DNA of 44,458 nt from Octopus bimaculoides (Eukaryota), in assembly GCF_001194135.2 (NCBI RefSeq), contig NC_068996.1, positions 7,062,074 to 7,106,531 on the forward strand. Reading direction: 5' to 3'. A program made the translations under genes and the position numbers. Shown here in pieces: positions 1 through 11,149 of the stretch; position 1 is the stretch's first letter; each line of letters begins with the position of its first letter. Under the pieces are notes generated by a model, which saw nothing but the letters and a program-made list of their open reading frames with translations, ran no database searches and was not told where the DNA came from.

Positions 1-28
1 ATATATATATATATATATATATATATAA

Positions 29-459
29 ATGATAGGCTTGCCTCAATCCTTCGGGGGTAGTCTGAAGCATCCAAGCAACCAGGGGATGTTTAAATCCGGA
101 GGCACTCCTGGGAACCACCTGTGCGGGAACCGTCTTGGTTAGAGGGCATCCAGAGGCAGGTAATTTACTGTTTAAACTGTAGTTTATAATAATATTTATG
201 TGGAGAATGGTGCAACAAATACAAGAAGAAGCAATTCTGTTGGACTAGTTAGCCATTGTTTTATTATGTGGAGGTTATGTAATGAGTCATTGTGGATGTT
301 ATGTAATTAGTCATTTACGCACGTTTCAATCTGGCCAATGGTTTGGCAGATCTCTTCAGAATGTTGAGGAGTATGTTAAGAGTTCATGGTGTGAGAGATG
401 TAGGAGAAGTGATTAGTGGATTTATTAATGTATATGGTGGTGTAATAATAGCGTTAGGT
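29..459 (-). mobile_element. Inverted Penelope-like pseudo-LTR/3' tail containing a hammerhead ribozyme
   Basis: Non-coding segment between an (AT)n array and the + strand GIY-YIG fragment. It carries a complete HHR motif on the - strand (312-363). An inverted 3' end joined to a truncated ORF is an established PLE insertion architecture. Confidence 0.7.
312..363 (-). ncRNA. Minimal type I hammerhead ribozyme
   Basis: Minus strand reads CATT-CTGAAGA-GATCTGCCAA acca TTGGCCAGATT-GAAA-CGTGCG-TA-AATG. Stem I CATT/AATG (4 bp); stem II 10 bp with one bulge; near-palindromic stem III; GUA cleavage triplet, predicted cut between + coordinates 316 and 315. Confidence 0.85.
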
Positions 460-838
460 AAAAGAGATAGAAATAAATGTAATTTCTCCAATAGATGTAA
501 GACCGAAAATATAGTTTACCAATGTGACGTACAAACAAGCAGCCACACTAGATCTTATATAGGTGGGACTAAAAACCAAGTACGACTTAGATATAATGAG
601 CACCTATCCAGCTTAAAAAATAGAAATAAGGCAAATTCAACAGGACTTAGTAGGTACATCTGGGAACTAAACGACAATAAGATAGAATATAAACTAAAGT
701 GGCACATACTAAAAGTAGCTAATTCCTATAACCCAACTAACAGACGCTGTCAGCTCTGTTTAACTGAGCGCCTTGAGATCCTTACGGCTAAGAATGACCT
801 ATTAAACAGGAGATATGAATCTAGCCTAATCTGTCTTC
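460..838 (+). mobile_element. Penelope-like element GIY-YIG endonuclease fragment (runs into gap)
   Basis: Open frame NIVYQCDV..YIGGTKNQVRLRYNEH..STGLSRYIWELN..KWHILKVANSYNPTNRRCQLCLTERLEI..LLNRR shows the IVY..YIG motif, the R-x3-H motif and the C-terminal CxLC/E/LN motifs of PLE endonucleases. Confidence 0.9.
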
Positions 839-2046
839 NNNNNNNNNNNNNNNNNNNNNNNNNNNNNNNNNNNNNNNNNNNNNNNNNNNNNNNNNNNNNN
901 NNNNNNNNNNNNNNNNNNNNNNNNNNNNNNNNNNNNNNNNNNNNNNNNNNNNNNNNNNNNNNNNNNNNNNNNNNNNNNNNNNNNNNNNNNNNNNNNNNNN
1001 NNNNNNNNNNNNNNNNNNNNNNNNNNNNNNNNNNNNNNNNNNNNNNNNNNNNNNNNNNNNNNNNNNNNNNNNNNNNNNNNNNNNNNNNNNNNNNNNNNNN
1101 NNNNNNNNNNNNNNNNNNNNNNNNNNNNNNNNNNNNNNNNNNNNNNNNNNNNNNNNNNNNNNNNNNNNNNNNNNNNNNNNNNNNNNNNNNNNNNNNNNNN
1201 NNNNNNNNNNNNNNNNNNNNNNNNNNNNNNNNNNNNNNNNNNNNNNNNNNNNNNNNNNNNNNNNNNNNNNNNNNNNNNNNNNNNNNNNNNNNNNNNNNNN
1301 NNNNNNNNNNNNNNNNNNNNNNNNNNNNNNNNNNNNNNNNNNNNNNNNNNNNNNNNNNNNNNNNNNNNNNNNNNNNNNNNNNNNNNNNNNNNNNNNNNNN
1401 NNNNNNNNNNNNNNNNNNNNNNNNNNNNNNNNNNNNNNNNNNNNNNNNNNNNNNNNNNNNNNNNNNNNNNNNNNNNNNNNNNNNNNNNNNNNNNNNNNNN
1501 NNNNNNNNNNNNNNNNNNNNNNNNNNNNNNNNNNNNNNNNNNNNNNNNNNNNNNNNNNNNNNNNNNNNNNNNNNNNNNNNNNNNNNNNNNNNNNNNNNNN
1601 NNNNNNNNNNNNNNNNNNNNNNNNNNNNNNNNNNNNNNNNNNNTATATATATAAACAAAAGCTCGAAATAAGTGACTTCTTACAAAGACAACCAGTTCTA
1701 GTTATCAAAGTATTTCGTATTCCTAATAGGATAAATTAATATATACGCTACATAGTTGATTTCCTATAGCCCGAAAGATAGTCAGTCATATTCATTTATG
1801 CATCAACCAGGAAACTGCTTTCAGAATAACCGACTCTCTTCTCTGCATATTTTGTGTTTATGATGCGGAAGACGTAACACGTTATATCGGCTGAATGAAT
1901 GAAAATATCACGTGTTCTACTCATGGTAATTGAACAGATAGATATTTCATGCATTTTCCAATTGTTTTTCAGTAATCGATCAAATATCGAACCCCTCTTG
2001 ACTCACTTATTTCGATGTGTTTCGTAATACTTCTGCATATATATTT

Positions 2047-2232
2047 ATTTCTTTATTGCCCACACGGGGCAAAACATAGAAGGGACAAACAAAGGGTTTA
2101 AGTCAATTACATCAACCCCGAAAGAATGAAGGCATAGTCGACCTCGGCGGAGTTTGAACTCAGAACATAACAGAAGGCGAAATACCCTATGCATTTCGCC
2201 CGGCGTGCTAACGATTCTGCCAGCTCGCTGCC
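2047..2232 (-). mobile_element. tRNA-derived SINE, family A (internally deleted)
   Basis: Sense strand begins GGCAGCGAGCTGGCAGAATCGTTAGC with B-box GAGTTCAAACTCC; homologous to the copies at 14811 and 30609; 3' tail ends GGGCAATAAAGAAAT. Confidence 0.85.
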
Positions 2233-2274
2233 TTTCTGCATACATATTGTAAAGACATATGTATGTGTACGTGT

Positions 2275-2330
<56 letters not shown>

Positions 2331-2653
2331 NNNNNNNNNNNNNNNNNNNNNNNNNNNNNNNNNNNNNNNNNNNNNNNNNNNNNNNNNNNNNNNNNNNNNN
2401 NNNNNNNNNNNNNNNNNNNNNNNNNNNNNNNNNNNNNNNNNNNNNNNNNNNNNNNNNNNNNNNNNNNNNNNNNNNNNNNNNNNNNNNNNNNNNNNNNNNN
2501 NNNNNNNNNNNNNNNNNNNNNNNNNNNNNNNNNNNNNNNNNNNNNNNNNNNNNNNNNNNNNNNNNNNNNNNNNNNNNNNNNNNNNNNNNNNNNNNNNNNN
2601 NNNNNNNNNNNNNNNNNNNNNNNNNNNNNNNNNNNNNNNNNNNNNNNNNNNNN

Positions 2654-2737
<84 letters not shown>

Positions 2738-2756
2738 TGTATGTATATATATACTA

Positions 2757-3638
2757 CGTTTTCCAAACTAAGATAAACAATGTTGTTTTTTAATCTAAAA
2801 TAAACTCTCCATTTTCTTCAATGCTCTTCCATCTATTTGGTAAACGTGCAAGGCCCCTCTTCCAAAGATCGTTTGTCCATGACGAAAAATACTCCTCCAT
2901 TACTGTTCTGACCTCGTCTACAAGATTCATATATTTTTCGTCCAAATGATTTTGAAGACTGCGGAATAAATGATAATCAGATGGGACAATGTCCGGCGAA
3001 TATGTTGGGTGGGGCATCGTTTCCCATTCAAACTGCTCCAGCCTTTAGAATGGCAATCTTGCTGTATATGGCCGATCATTATCCTGATGGAAGAACGCCT
3101 TTCGTCTTGAAAGCAAAGATGGTCGTATTACGATGGAACGTAGGTGTCGATTAATAGTTGAATGACTAAATCCAAGCTTATCTGCTACTTCCTCAACAGT
3201 TACGATGGGATTTTGTTCCACCAGGGTTTGCAAGACATCCTCGTCGAGCTCTACGGATCTTCCAGGACGAGGATCGTCTTCTAGGCTGTAGCTTCCAACA
3301 TGAAATTTCTGGAACCACTGTTGACACAGGCTTACGCTTATTGGTCCAATCCCCATATACTGCATTAATATTCCTCGCAATTTGCATTGTGTTGTTGCTT
3401 TTATTGAACTCATAAAGCAAAATATGCCGAATATACTCCTTTGTCACTTCAATTATAGCTTTGAAATAATAACTGTTAAAATCGAACTGCACTCTTCAAA
3501 ACTTGCACTAAGAATAAGTACAAGATAAAATCCCTACCTGCTTTTACAGCAAGTTGATCCAGGTAGTTTATCCCGTCCCCCTCCGACTTTTAGTTCATGC
3601 AATTGAAAAAACTGCATTATTTATGGGATAATCCAATA
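2757..3638 (-). mobile_element. Mariner transposon relic with internal deletion
   Basis: Frameshifted transposase: EVTKEYIRHILLYEFNK, WFQKFH..SLEDDPRPGRS, then a jump to FHQDNDRP and HPTYSPDIVPSDYHLFRSLQNHL (YSPD motif, terminal D of DD34D). Right end reads TA-TTGGATTATCCCATAAATAATGC on the - strand; left end is lost at a microsatellite. Confidence 0.9.
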
Positions 3639-3786
3639 CATACGCATATATAGTGTCGCTTTTCTTACAACAGTGAGAAAAGTACCCGATATATAAAGAA
3701 GAATCTATATACTATTTGAAGTTGGAACTTCAATTCCACGGTACCAAACTATCAAGCAAATGATGTGAGAGACCTGTTTGACAATA

Positions 3787-4969
3787 CACTGAACCACAAA
3801 AGAAACGCTAGACGTGTGTGACTGTGGATTATGTTTTAATTTCATTGTCAGAGATAAATTTTGATAAATCTGATAAAGTCAATTTCTTAGATGCACTTTA
3901 GCCGCCGTCTATGGGTCGTTGTCATGTGTTCTGGTAATGGGCGGATCCAGCATCAAGATTGTAGGGCGTGACATGTTCAACACCGTGTATGCCCTCCGTG
4001 GGTGTTCAAAACGACCATATACCGTCGGTACATGGAGTGAATGAGTCGGTTCACAAAAGCCATTGGTACCTGTGCCCACATCCTGAGGAAAACTGCCTCC
4101 AGTTCCTCACGAGTTGTCGGCCTTGGAACCACCTGACTCAGACATCTCTGGATTTCATCCCACAGGTGTTCAATTGGGTTCAAATCCGGGTTGAGAGCCG
4201 GCCATTGCATGGTTCTGATGTTGTACTGACGCAGGAAGTCCATGGTGACCATGGCCGTGTGGGGGTTGGGGGAGTATTGTCCTGGTGGAACACATGGCTA
4301 TGGTGACGCGCAAAGAAGGGCACGATGTGAGGTCTTAGGCTTTGGTCAACATTACGCTGCACTGTGATGCCATTCCCTCTTCCTGCACCAACATTTTGGA
4401 ACACATAGGTCTCAATTCTCTGATTCAAGCCTATAACACCCCAAACCATGATGCTTTGGCCACCCCACGCATCTCTCTCCATGACACATGCGTCTCTAGA
4501 GCGTTCACCCTTCCTATTCCATACCTTCACTCTGCCATCCGAGGTGGAAACGCTATTGCAGGCGATAGATGGTGCTGACATGGACATTGTAAGCTTTCAT
4601 AACAACCAGGGAACGCCGCTCTGCTTTCAATCAGCCGATAGCTTGTTTTTTCTGCGCTACTGAAAATCGGGTCATATTTGATGCATCCATATTACGAATG
4701 CTAGGAACGCGGTTGAAGTTGATTTTTATCCCCATGACCTCCACCAGATGCACGTGCATTTTGGTTTTCATGACAATTGTTTTCGACTGCCAACCACGAC
4801 ATTCAACGCAGCTGTGTTTTGGCATCTCGAAAGGTGACCTGCAATTTGGGTCTCAGCCATAAACCAGCATGTCTTGGAATATTTACACTTACATCTCTGA
4901 AAAAAAATTTCAGAATTTACCATATAAAAGTGACATTTGAAAAAATCGCGTTTCTTTTGCGGTTCAGTG
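3787..4969 (-). mobile_element. Tc1-family transposon, both TIRs present, internally deleted
   Basis: 22-bp TIR CACTGAACC(A/G)CAAAAGAAACGC at 3787-3808 and 4948-4969 (1 mismatch), with TA on both sides. Transposase pieces DGRVKVW, GGQSIMVWG, FHQDN and WPALNPDLNPIEHLWDEI; stops and frameshifts. Confidence 0.93.
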
Positions 4970-5447
4970 TATATAAGCAATAATATTTGAAAATTCACCG
5001 GAATATTGTTAGTCAGCAGTATCTCAAAGTTTGATTTGTTTACCGAAAAAAAGAAGTGTACAAAATGATTTACATATCCATTTATTCAATTGTCATGAGC
5101 AGAAAATGTGATATTTTCAGTTAACACAAGCAAAAACATGACGTCATCAAGTCTTCGATGTTATGAGTATAAAACACACGTTATGAAGGAAGGTGGTTGA
5201 TGTTAATGTAATTTCATTAATGATGAATAGATGATGTATTTTTAAAATCATATGAATGTAATAAATTCATTATGTCGGGTGTAAGGTTTAAACTACTATG
5301 CCCTGTTGGGAATTGGAAATATCTCAATAAACAGAACTAGCTGCTCCTGCAGGAATTCACCAATTTCGAAATTTTGTTTGAAATATATCAAATATAAAAG
5401 AATAGAGGAAACAGCAATTCATGGGAACTCTGGATAGCGACGTAAAA

Positions 5448-5607
5448 GCCGTGGCAAGGTGCTTAAGAAGTTTAATTTGCAGCATACAAATTCGGGTTCA
5501 ATCCTACTGCCCAGCCCCTTGGCATGTCCCCTCTACTACAGCTTTGGGTCGTCCAATGTTCTGTGAGTAAATTTGGTAGACGAAACTGGAATTCCGTCGT
5601 ATATATA

Positions 5608-5646
<39 letters not shown>
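5448..5646 (+). mobile_element. tRNA-derived SINE family B, 5' half ending in its internal (TG)n
   Basis: Degenerate A/B boxes (TGGCAAGGTG, GGGTTCAATCC); TTTGGTAGACGAAACTG matches the reverse complement of the copy at 20637-21068. Confidence 0.7.
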
Positions 5647-5648
<2 letters not shown>

Positions 5649-6011
5649 GCAAGTAGAAGAAAAATGTAGGGATAGGCAAATTAGACAGATCAATATATAA
5701 AGTATATTCAATACATGAAATACAAAAATGTATATATGTATACATATCAAAAGGTTTAACTTATACAGTGTACAAATGACAGAAAATTAAAGGGGTTGCA
5801 GAAAACAGCTGTTTCTGGGGGCCCGGCAGTCCATAATAATATTTGTAGATTGATTCCGTCATAGGATGAGACGAGCCTCCGTCTTCAGGGAAGAGATCTT
5901 ACATTTGAGATGTTAAAGGAGAAACAAATTAGATATATTAAATATAACAGATTCAGTATGAAATACAAAATATGTATATATGTATATATGCAAAACGAGA
6001 GAAAGCAATAG

Positions 6012-7096
6012 GTGGAAACTTTCAGACAGTCAAACTGCTTGACTGACCGGTTCGCGGAACACCTCCGAGACATCAGACTCGGCAACGACACCCCGGTCTC
6101 GCGCCATTTCCGCTCTACCGGTCTTTCTTTACAACACCTGTCTGTGTTCGGACTGTCCTTGCACAGGGGCCATCCGGACTCCCGTCTTCACTGTGAACAG
6201 GAATTAATCTTCTCTCCTCGCTCCTTTGCATCACATGGGTTCAATTCCCCTCCCCTCTTCATCTAATTCTCCTCCTCTCTCCTCTCTTTCTCTCACACCT
6301 ACTTCCTCTCTTCACTCCCACCCACCTCTCCTCGCTTGCTCTGACACCTTCCTCTCTTCACACCTACTCACCTTCTCCCTTCCACCCTCTCCCTTCCACC
6401 CTCTCCCTTCATTGTCGTTATCCTCCATCGTTAACCCACCCCTACACATCCCAACTCCACAATCCCTATACATCCCATCCCACACCAACCCACCACCACA
6501 TACACCACCCCACTCTCACACCCCACTCTCACACCCCACTCTCACACCCCACTCTCACACCCCACTCTCACACCCCACTCTCACACCCCACTCTCACACC
6601 CCACTCTCACACCCCACTCTCACACCCCACTCACATACACCCCAACACGCTCACCCCGACCCACATCCCATCTTTACACCCCACCCTTGCATCCTCCACT
6701 CTTGCATCCCCCACCCTCGCATCCTCCACACCCCAACACCACCACACCACATCATGCCACACCGCACTACACACCACACATCACCACACCACACTACTAC
6801 ACCACACCACACTACTACACCACACCATCACACCACAACAACACACCACACAACACCTACACCATACCACTTCATCGCACCACCCTGCACACACTAGCAT
6901 TGACCACTTTCCAGCACTCTCACCACACCACACACCACCACACCACACCACATTATACCACCTCGCACACACTAGCACTGACCACTTCCCAGCACCCACA
7001 CCATCATCCACACACCTACACACGCACGCGCACCTTCGTTTTGGGACCACCACTACTTTATTATCTCCCCTTCTTTCTAGCCCTCCTGTCTGACGA
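6012..7096 (+). mobile_element. Penelope-like element 3' fragment: GIY-YIG C-terminal half plus CT/CA-rich 3' UTR
   Basis: LTDRFAEHLRDIRLGNDTPVSRHF..LHCEQELIFSPRSFASHGFN matches the R-x2-EH..HF..E..I....P.G.N pattern of PLE endonucleases. It is followed by about 850 bp of pyrimidine/CA-rich sequence ending at CTGACGA (7090-7096). Confidence 0.85.
6508..6624 (+). repeat. 13-bp minisatellite (CCCCACTCTCACA) x9
   Basis: Nine exact units counted directly, inside the PLE 3' UTR. Confidence 0.95.
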
Positions 7097-7177
7097 CTTC
7101 TGTCCGGCCATCGCCATGATTGACCGCTAGCCACTAAAGCTTTCTTTTTATTATCTCTCTGTTTATTTTCTCGTGTT

Positions 7178-7257
7178 CCTTAGTCGAACAAATCGACCCC
7201 AGGACTTATTTTTTGTAAGCCTAGTAATTATTCTATCGGTCTCTTTTGCCGAACCAC
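7178..7257 (-). mobile_element. SINE family B fragment (runs into gap)
   Basis: TAGTCGAACAAATCGACCCCAGGACTTATT..AAGCCTAGT..TCTATCGGTCTCTTTTGCCGAACC, nearly identical to 20690-20765. Confidence 0.85.
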
Positions 7258-7906
7258 NNNNNNNNNNNNNNNNNNNNNNNNNNNNNNNNNNNNNNNNNNN
7301 NNNNNNNNNNNNNNNNNNNNNNNNNNNNNNNNNNNNNNNNNNNNNNNNNNNNNNNNNNNNNNNNNNNNNNNNNNNNNNNNNNNNNNNNNNNNNNNNNNNN
7401 NNNNNNNNNNNNNNNNNNNNNNNNNNNNNNNNNNNNNNNNNNNNNNNNNNNNNNNNNNNNNNNNNNNNNNNNNNNNNNNNNNNNNNNNNNNNNNNNNNNN
7501 NNNNNNNNNNNNNNNNNNNNNNNNNNNNNNNNNNNNNNNNNNNNNNNNNNNNNNNNNNNNNNNNNNNNNNNNNNNNNNNNNNNNNNNNNNNNNNNNNNNN
7601 NNNNNNNNNNNNNNNNNNNNNNNNNNNNNNNNNNNNNNNNNNNNNNNNNNNNNNNNNNNNNNNNNNNNNNNNNNNNNNNNNNNNNNNNNNNNNNNNNNNN
7701 NNNNNNNNNNNNNNNNNNNNNNNNNNTATATATATATCCAAGAAAGTTAGGGGTTGTGAATCCAACCCACTAAGGAATAATATCTATCCAATATACTGCT
7801 GGTAGAATACCCAATTATTATTACACTAGTGTTTTTTCATTGCATGGCAATTACATTACCAAGTGCAATAAATGAGTGCTGATAAAAAGTTTTTTTACCC
7901 TTAATT

Positions 7907-8718
7907 TATATAACAATAAGAAAATGGAGGGGATTAATAGGTGGTATTCATCAACTTGCAGACATTGTATTGTGCCAATTTACTTGTTTATTTGTTTACT
8001 AAAAGGACAATAATTACAATATACAAACACATGTGACATATTATGTCATATCAGTAATTATAAGATTGACATCTAGTGAAAGAAAATGGGATAATATCTT
8101 ACAGCTGTTTCAGTCTAGATGTGACATGCCTCATTCTATATTTATCACTCCAGTAGACTGAAGTAATTAATAGATGAAATACATGAAATAGAGGTACATG
8201 GATGATTCTCTAGGCCTCTTCAGAGATTTTATAAAGTTCATAAGGTTAAGTTAAAAAAATGAAAATATAAAAATATAAAAACCGTAAAAACCCACATATA
8301 TATGCATACTTTAACGTATGAATAGATATACATAAACATAAATACATATATGTACATTTAAATGTACATACACAAATGTCCATACATGCACACAAATGAA
8401 TAAATTATTATTGTTATTATATATGAGGAGGACACATATATACACACCCACACATACATACACATACGTATACATTAACATTTCCGTACAGACATGTTCA
8501 TTGGTACATACGCAGAAACAGCTGTAAGATATTATCCCATTTTCTTTCACTATATGTCCTTTTTTAATTACTGATATGACATAATATGTCACATGTGCTT
8601 GTATATTGCTTTTATTGTTCTTTTAGTAAACAAATAAACAAGTAAATTGACACAATACAGTGTCTGCAAGTTGATGAACACCACCTATTAATCCCCTCCA
8701 TTTTCTTATTGCTATATA
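7907..8718 (-). mobile_element. Non-coding fold-back element with ~205-bp inverted arms and a hammerhead ribozyme
   Basis: Arms 7907-8111 and 8515-8718 are reverse complements (roughly 90% identical by eye). Both outer ends lie in TATATA. HHR on the - strand; no coding capacity. Confidence 0.85.
8096..8227 (-). ncRNA. Type I hammerhead ribozyme with extended stem II
   Basis: Minus strand reads ATCT-CTGAAGA-GGCCTAGA..~90 nt..TCTAGACT-GAAA-CAGCTG-TA-AGAT. Stem I ATCT/AGAT; perfect palindromic stem III CAGCTG; GUA triplet. Confidence 0.8.
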
Positions 8719-8805
8719 TATATATATATCTTTTTGTCTGTGTTTTTCCCACCCCCGCTCATCGATTGCTGCTGATGCGTTTACATCTCATTAACCTCGC
8801 GATTT

Positions 8806-8921
8806 GACTAAGAGTCGGATAGAACTAGTACCAGTGAAAAAAGAAGTGCTGGGGTCGATTTGTTCGACTAAACACTTCAAGTTGGTACCTCAACTTAACT
8901 GCAGTCCAATGAATGAAACAA
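8806..8921 (+). mobile_element. SINE family B, diverged 3' part
   Basis: GTGCTGGGGTCGATTTGTTCGACTAAA..ACTGCAGTCCAATGAATGAAACAAGTA is the reverse complement of the family B end; followed by (TATC)n(TC)n. Confidence 0.75.
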
Positions 8922-8922
8922 G

Positions 8923-8962
<40 letters not shown>

Positions 8963-9215
8963 ATCTCTCTCTCTCTCTCTCTCTCTCTATCGATCTATNN
9001 NNNNNNNNNNNNNNNNNNNNNNNNNNNNNNNNNNNNNNNNNNNNNNNNNNNNNNNNNNNNNNNNNNNNNNNNNNNNNNNNNNNNNNNNNNNNNNNNNNNN
9101 NNNNNNNNNNNNNNNNNNNNNNNNNNNNNNNNNNNNNNNNNNNNNNNNNNNNNNNNNNNNNNNNNNNNNNNNNNNNNNNNNNNNNNNNNNNNNNNNNNNN
9201 NNNNNNNNNNNNNNN

Positions 9216-9290
<75 letters not shown>

Positions 9291-9847
9291 GCGTTTAAGT
9301 ATGTAGAAGTGATAAACAATTAGGAGACGAAGACTAAAAATATTATGTGCAGAATATAAACTATATTCGATGACTTGCATGTTTATGTTTAATCCGCTCC
9401 AGCAGATTCGGACGAGAGTATGCTATTCGCTGTAGTGTTCGTCACGGAAGAACAACTCCTTCTTTACAACGAATATGCGTTCATAATATATCTGATTCAT
9501 TAATAGAAGGGGTTTTTAGACGGCCGGTGGCAAGAGATGAAAAACATAGTCAAATACAGGCATTTCATTACTAGAGAATATGGTATATCTATACCCCTTG
9601 GTTGTTGGTGACAGGTTTGGACAATAGTTGCGCTGATGATGCTTATTAAGACAGAGGTACATATCTATAACCGTCCTCTTATCTCCAAGCAATAAGCTTT
9701 AGTAGCCTGTCAATTTTGGAGAAAACTCGATTCCTGAGATTATCTCTTCTTGTCATGCGGAGCTGGTATCAATTGCCATTTGTTCACTGTGATCTATCCT
9801 CTCTATAATATACTTGTATTTTTCCCTCTGCACCCTCCTCTTCGCGC

Positions 9848-9885
<38 letters not shown>

Positions 9886-10239
9886 NNNNNNNNNNNNNNN
9901 NNNNNNNNNNNNNNNNNNNNNNNNNNNNNNNNNNNNNNNNNNNNNNNNNNNNNNNNNNNNNNNNNNNNNNNNNNNNNNNNNNNNNNNNNNNNNNNNNNNN
10001 NNNNNNNNNNNNNNNNNNNNNNNNNNNNNNNNNNNNNNNNNNNNNNNNNNNNNNNNNNNNNNNNNNNNNNNNNNNNNNNNNNNNNNNNNNNNNNNNNNNN
10101 NNNNNNNNNNNNNNNNNNNNNNNNNNNNNNNNNNNNNNNNNNNNNNNTATTTGCATTTGCTGTCATACACGGAGATATAAGCCTCTATCTCTTTCCCTTC
10201 CTCTCTGCCACTCCCTCCTTCACTCTCTCTCTCTCTCTC

Positions 10240-10273
<34 letters not shown>

Positions 10274-10996
10274 TTAGCAGATTATTTTTCTTATAGATCT
10301 TCGTTCCATATCCCATATAATGTTGAATCATTATTTTCCTCAGCCTCATGCTATTTTAATAACCATTATATAAATTTGTTTTATTTTCGTTTCCGCCTTT
10401 GTTTTAGATTTCTTTATTATTTTTGTTTGGCGTGGACATCTATCCCCGTCTCTATAGCAACATTTTCTCCGCGTTAGTAAAATATCTACACAATATTGAT
10501 TTCTTCTTTTTTTAACTTTGTTTTTCACTTAAGCCATAATACCGTTTTGTTAAAGAGAATGATAAGTCCTAGGAGATGCATTCAATACTCATTATATTAC
10601 TGCTACAATGGCGAACATAGTACAACAAAAACAACTTAGTTTTCAATGATTCCGAAACGACCACGCGGTTTCATTTCCAAGATGAAGACATTTTACGATC
10701 AAGTCTGCTCTGGAGAGAGATACTGCATCCACCCGACTCAGCAGAGACATGAAACTCATACTTCCTACAATCTGACATCTTCTAGATATATCAAATCCGG
10801 GTACCATAAAATAGAAATCAGTAATATTTTGGAGTCGGGGTATAAAGTTTTTTTTTACAAGGGTAATACTTGCCACCCGATAGTCAGAATAAATTGTAGA
10901 ATGTTCTCTCGTCAAAAAATAAAATATATGTTCTCTACATAACATATCTAGTACTTTTGTCCTCAGTTTATAGTTTTCTCTCTCTTACACACAGAG

Positions 10997-11149
10997 TTTG
11001 AATAACAGTTTGACTCAGCTCCATGCAACTTAAAGTTTCGTAGACTCGTAGAACGGGTGTCTCCTCTGGATGCCTGAAGAGTTAGGTTCGTTCTGCAAGC
11101 CTACGAAAAAACTTTAAGTGGCATTGTGCTGAGTCAAGCTGTTATCAAA
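10997..11149 (+). mobile_element. Short fold-back element (~60-bp arms) with a degenerate hammerhead ribozyme
   Basis: Arms 10997-11055 and 11089-11149. Plus strand reads GATGC-CTGAAGA-GTTAGGTT cgttctgc AAGCCTAC-GAAA(AAA)-CTTTAAG-TG-GCATT; the other arm reads CGAAACTTTAAGTTGCATG. Confidence 0.75.

Noticed and set aside
6508-6624. CRISPR-like array
   Set aside because: Head-to-tail units with no spacers, in eukaryotic sequence.
6226-7134. Pro/His/Thr-rich ORFs of 223, 147 and 117 aa
   Set aside because: They are low-complexity CT/CA-rich PLE 3' UTR and minisatellite; stop codons are simply rare in such sequence.
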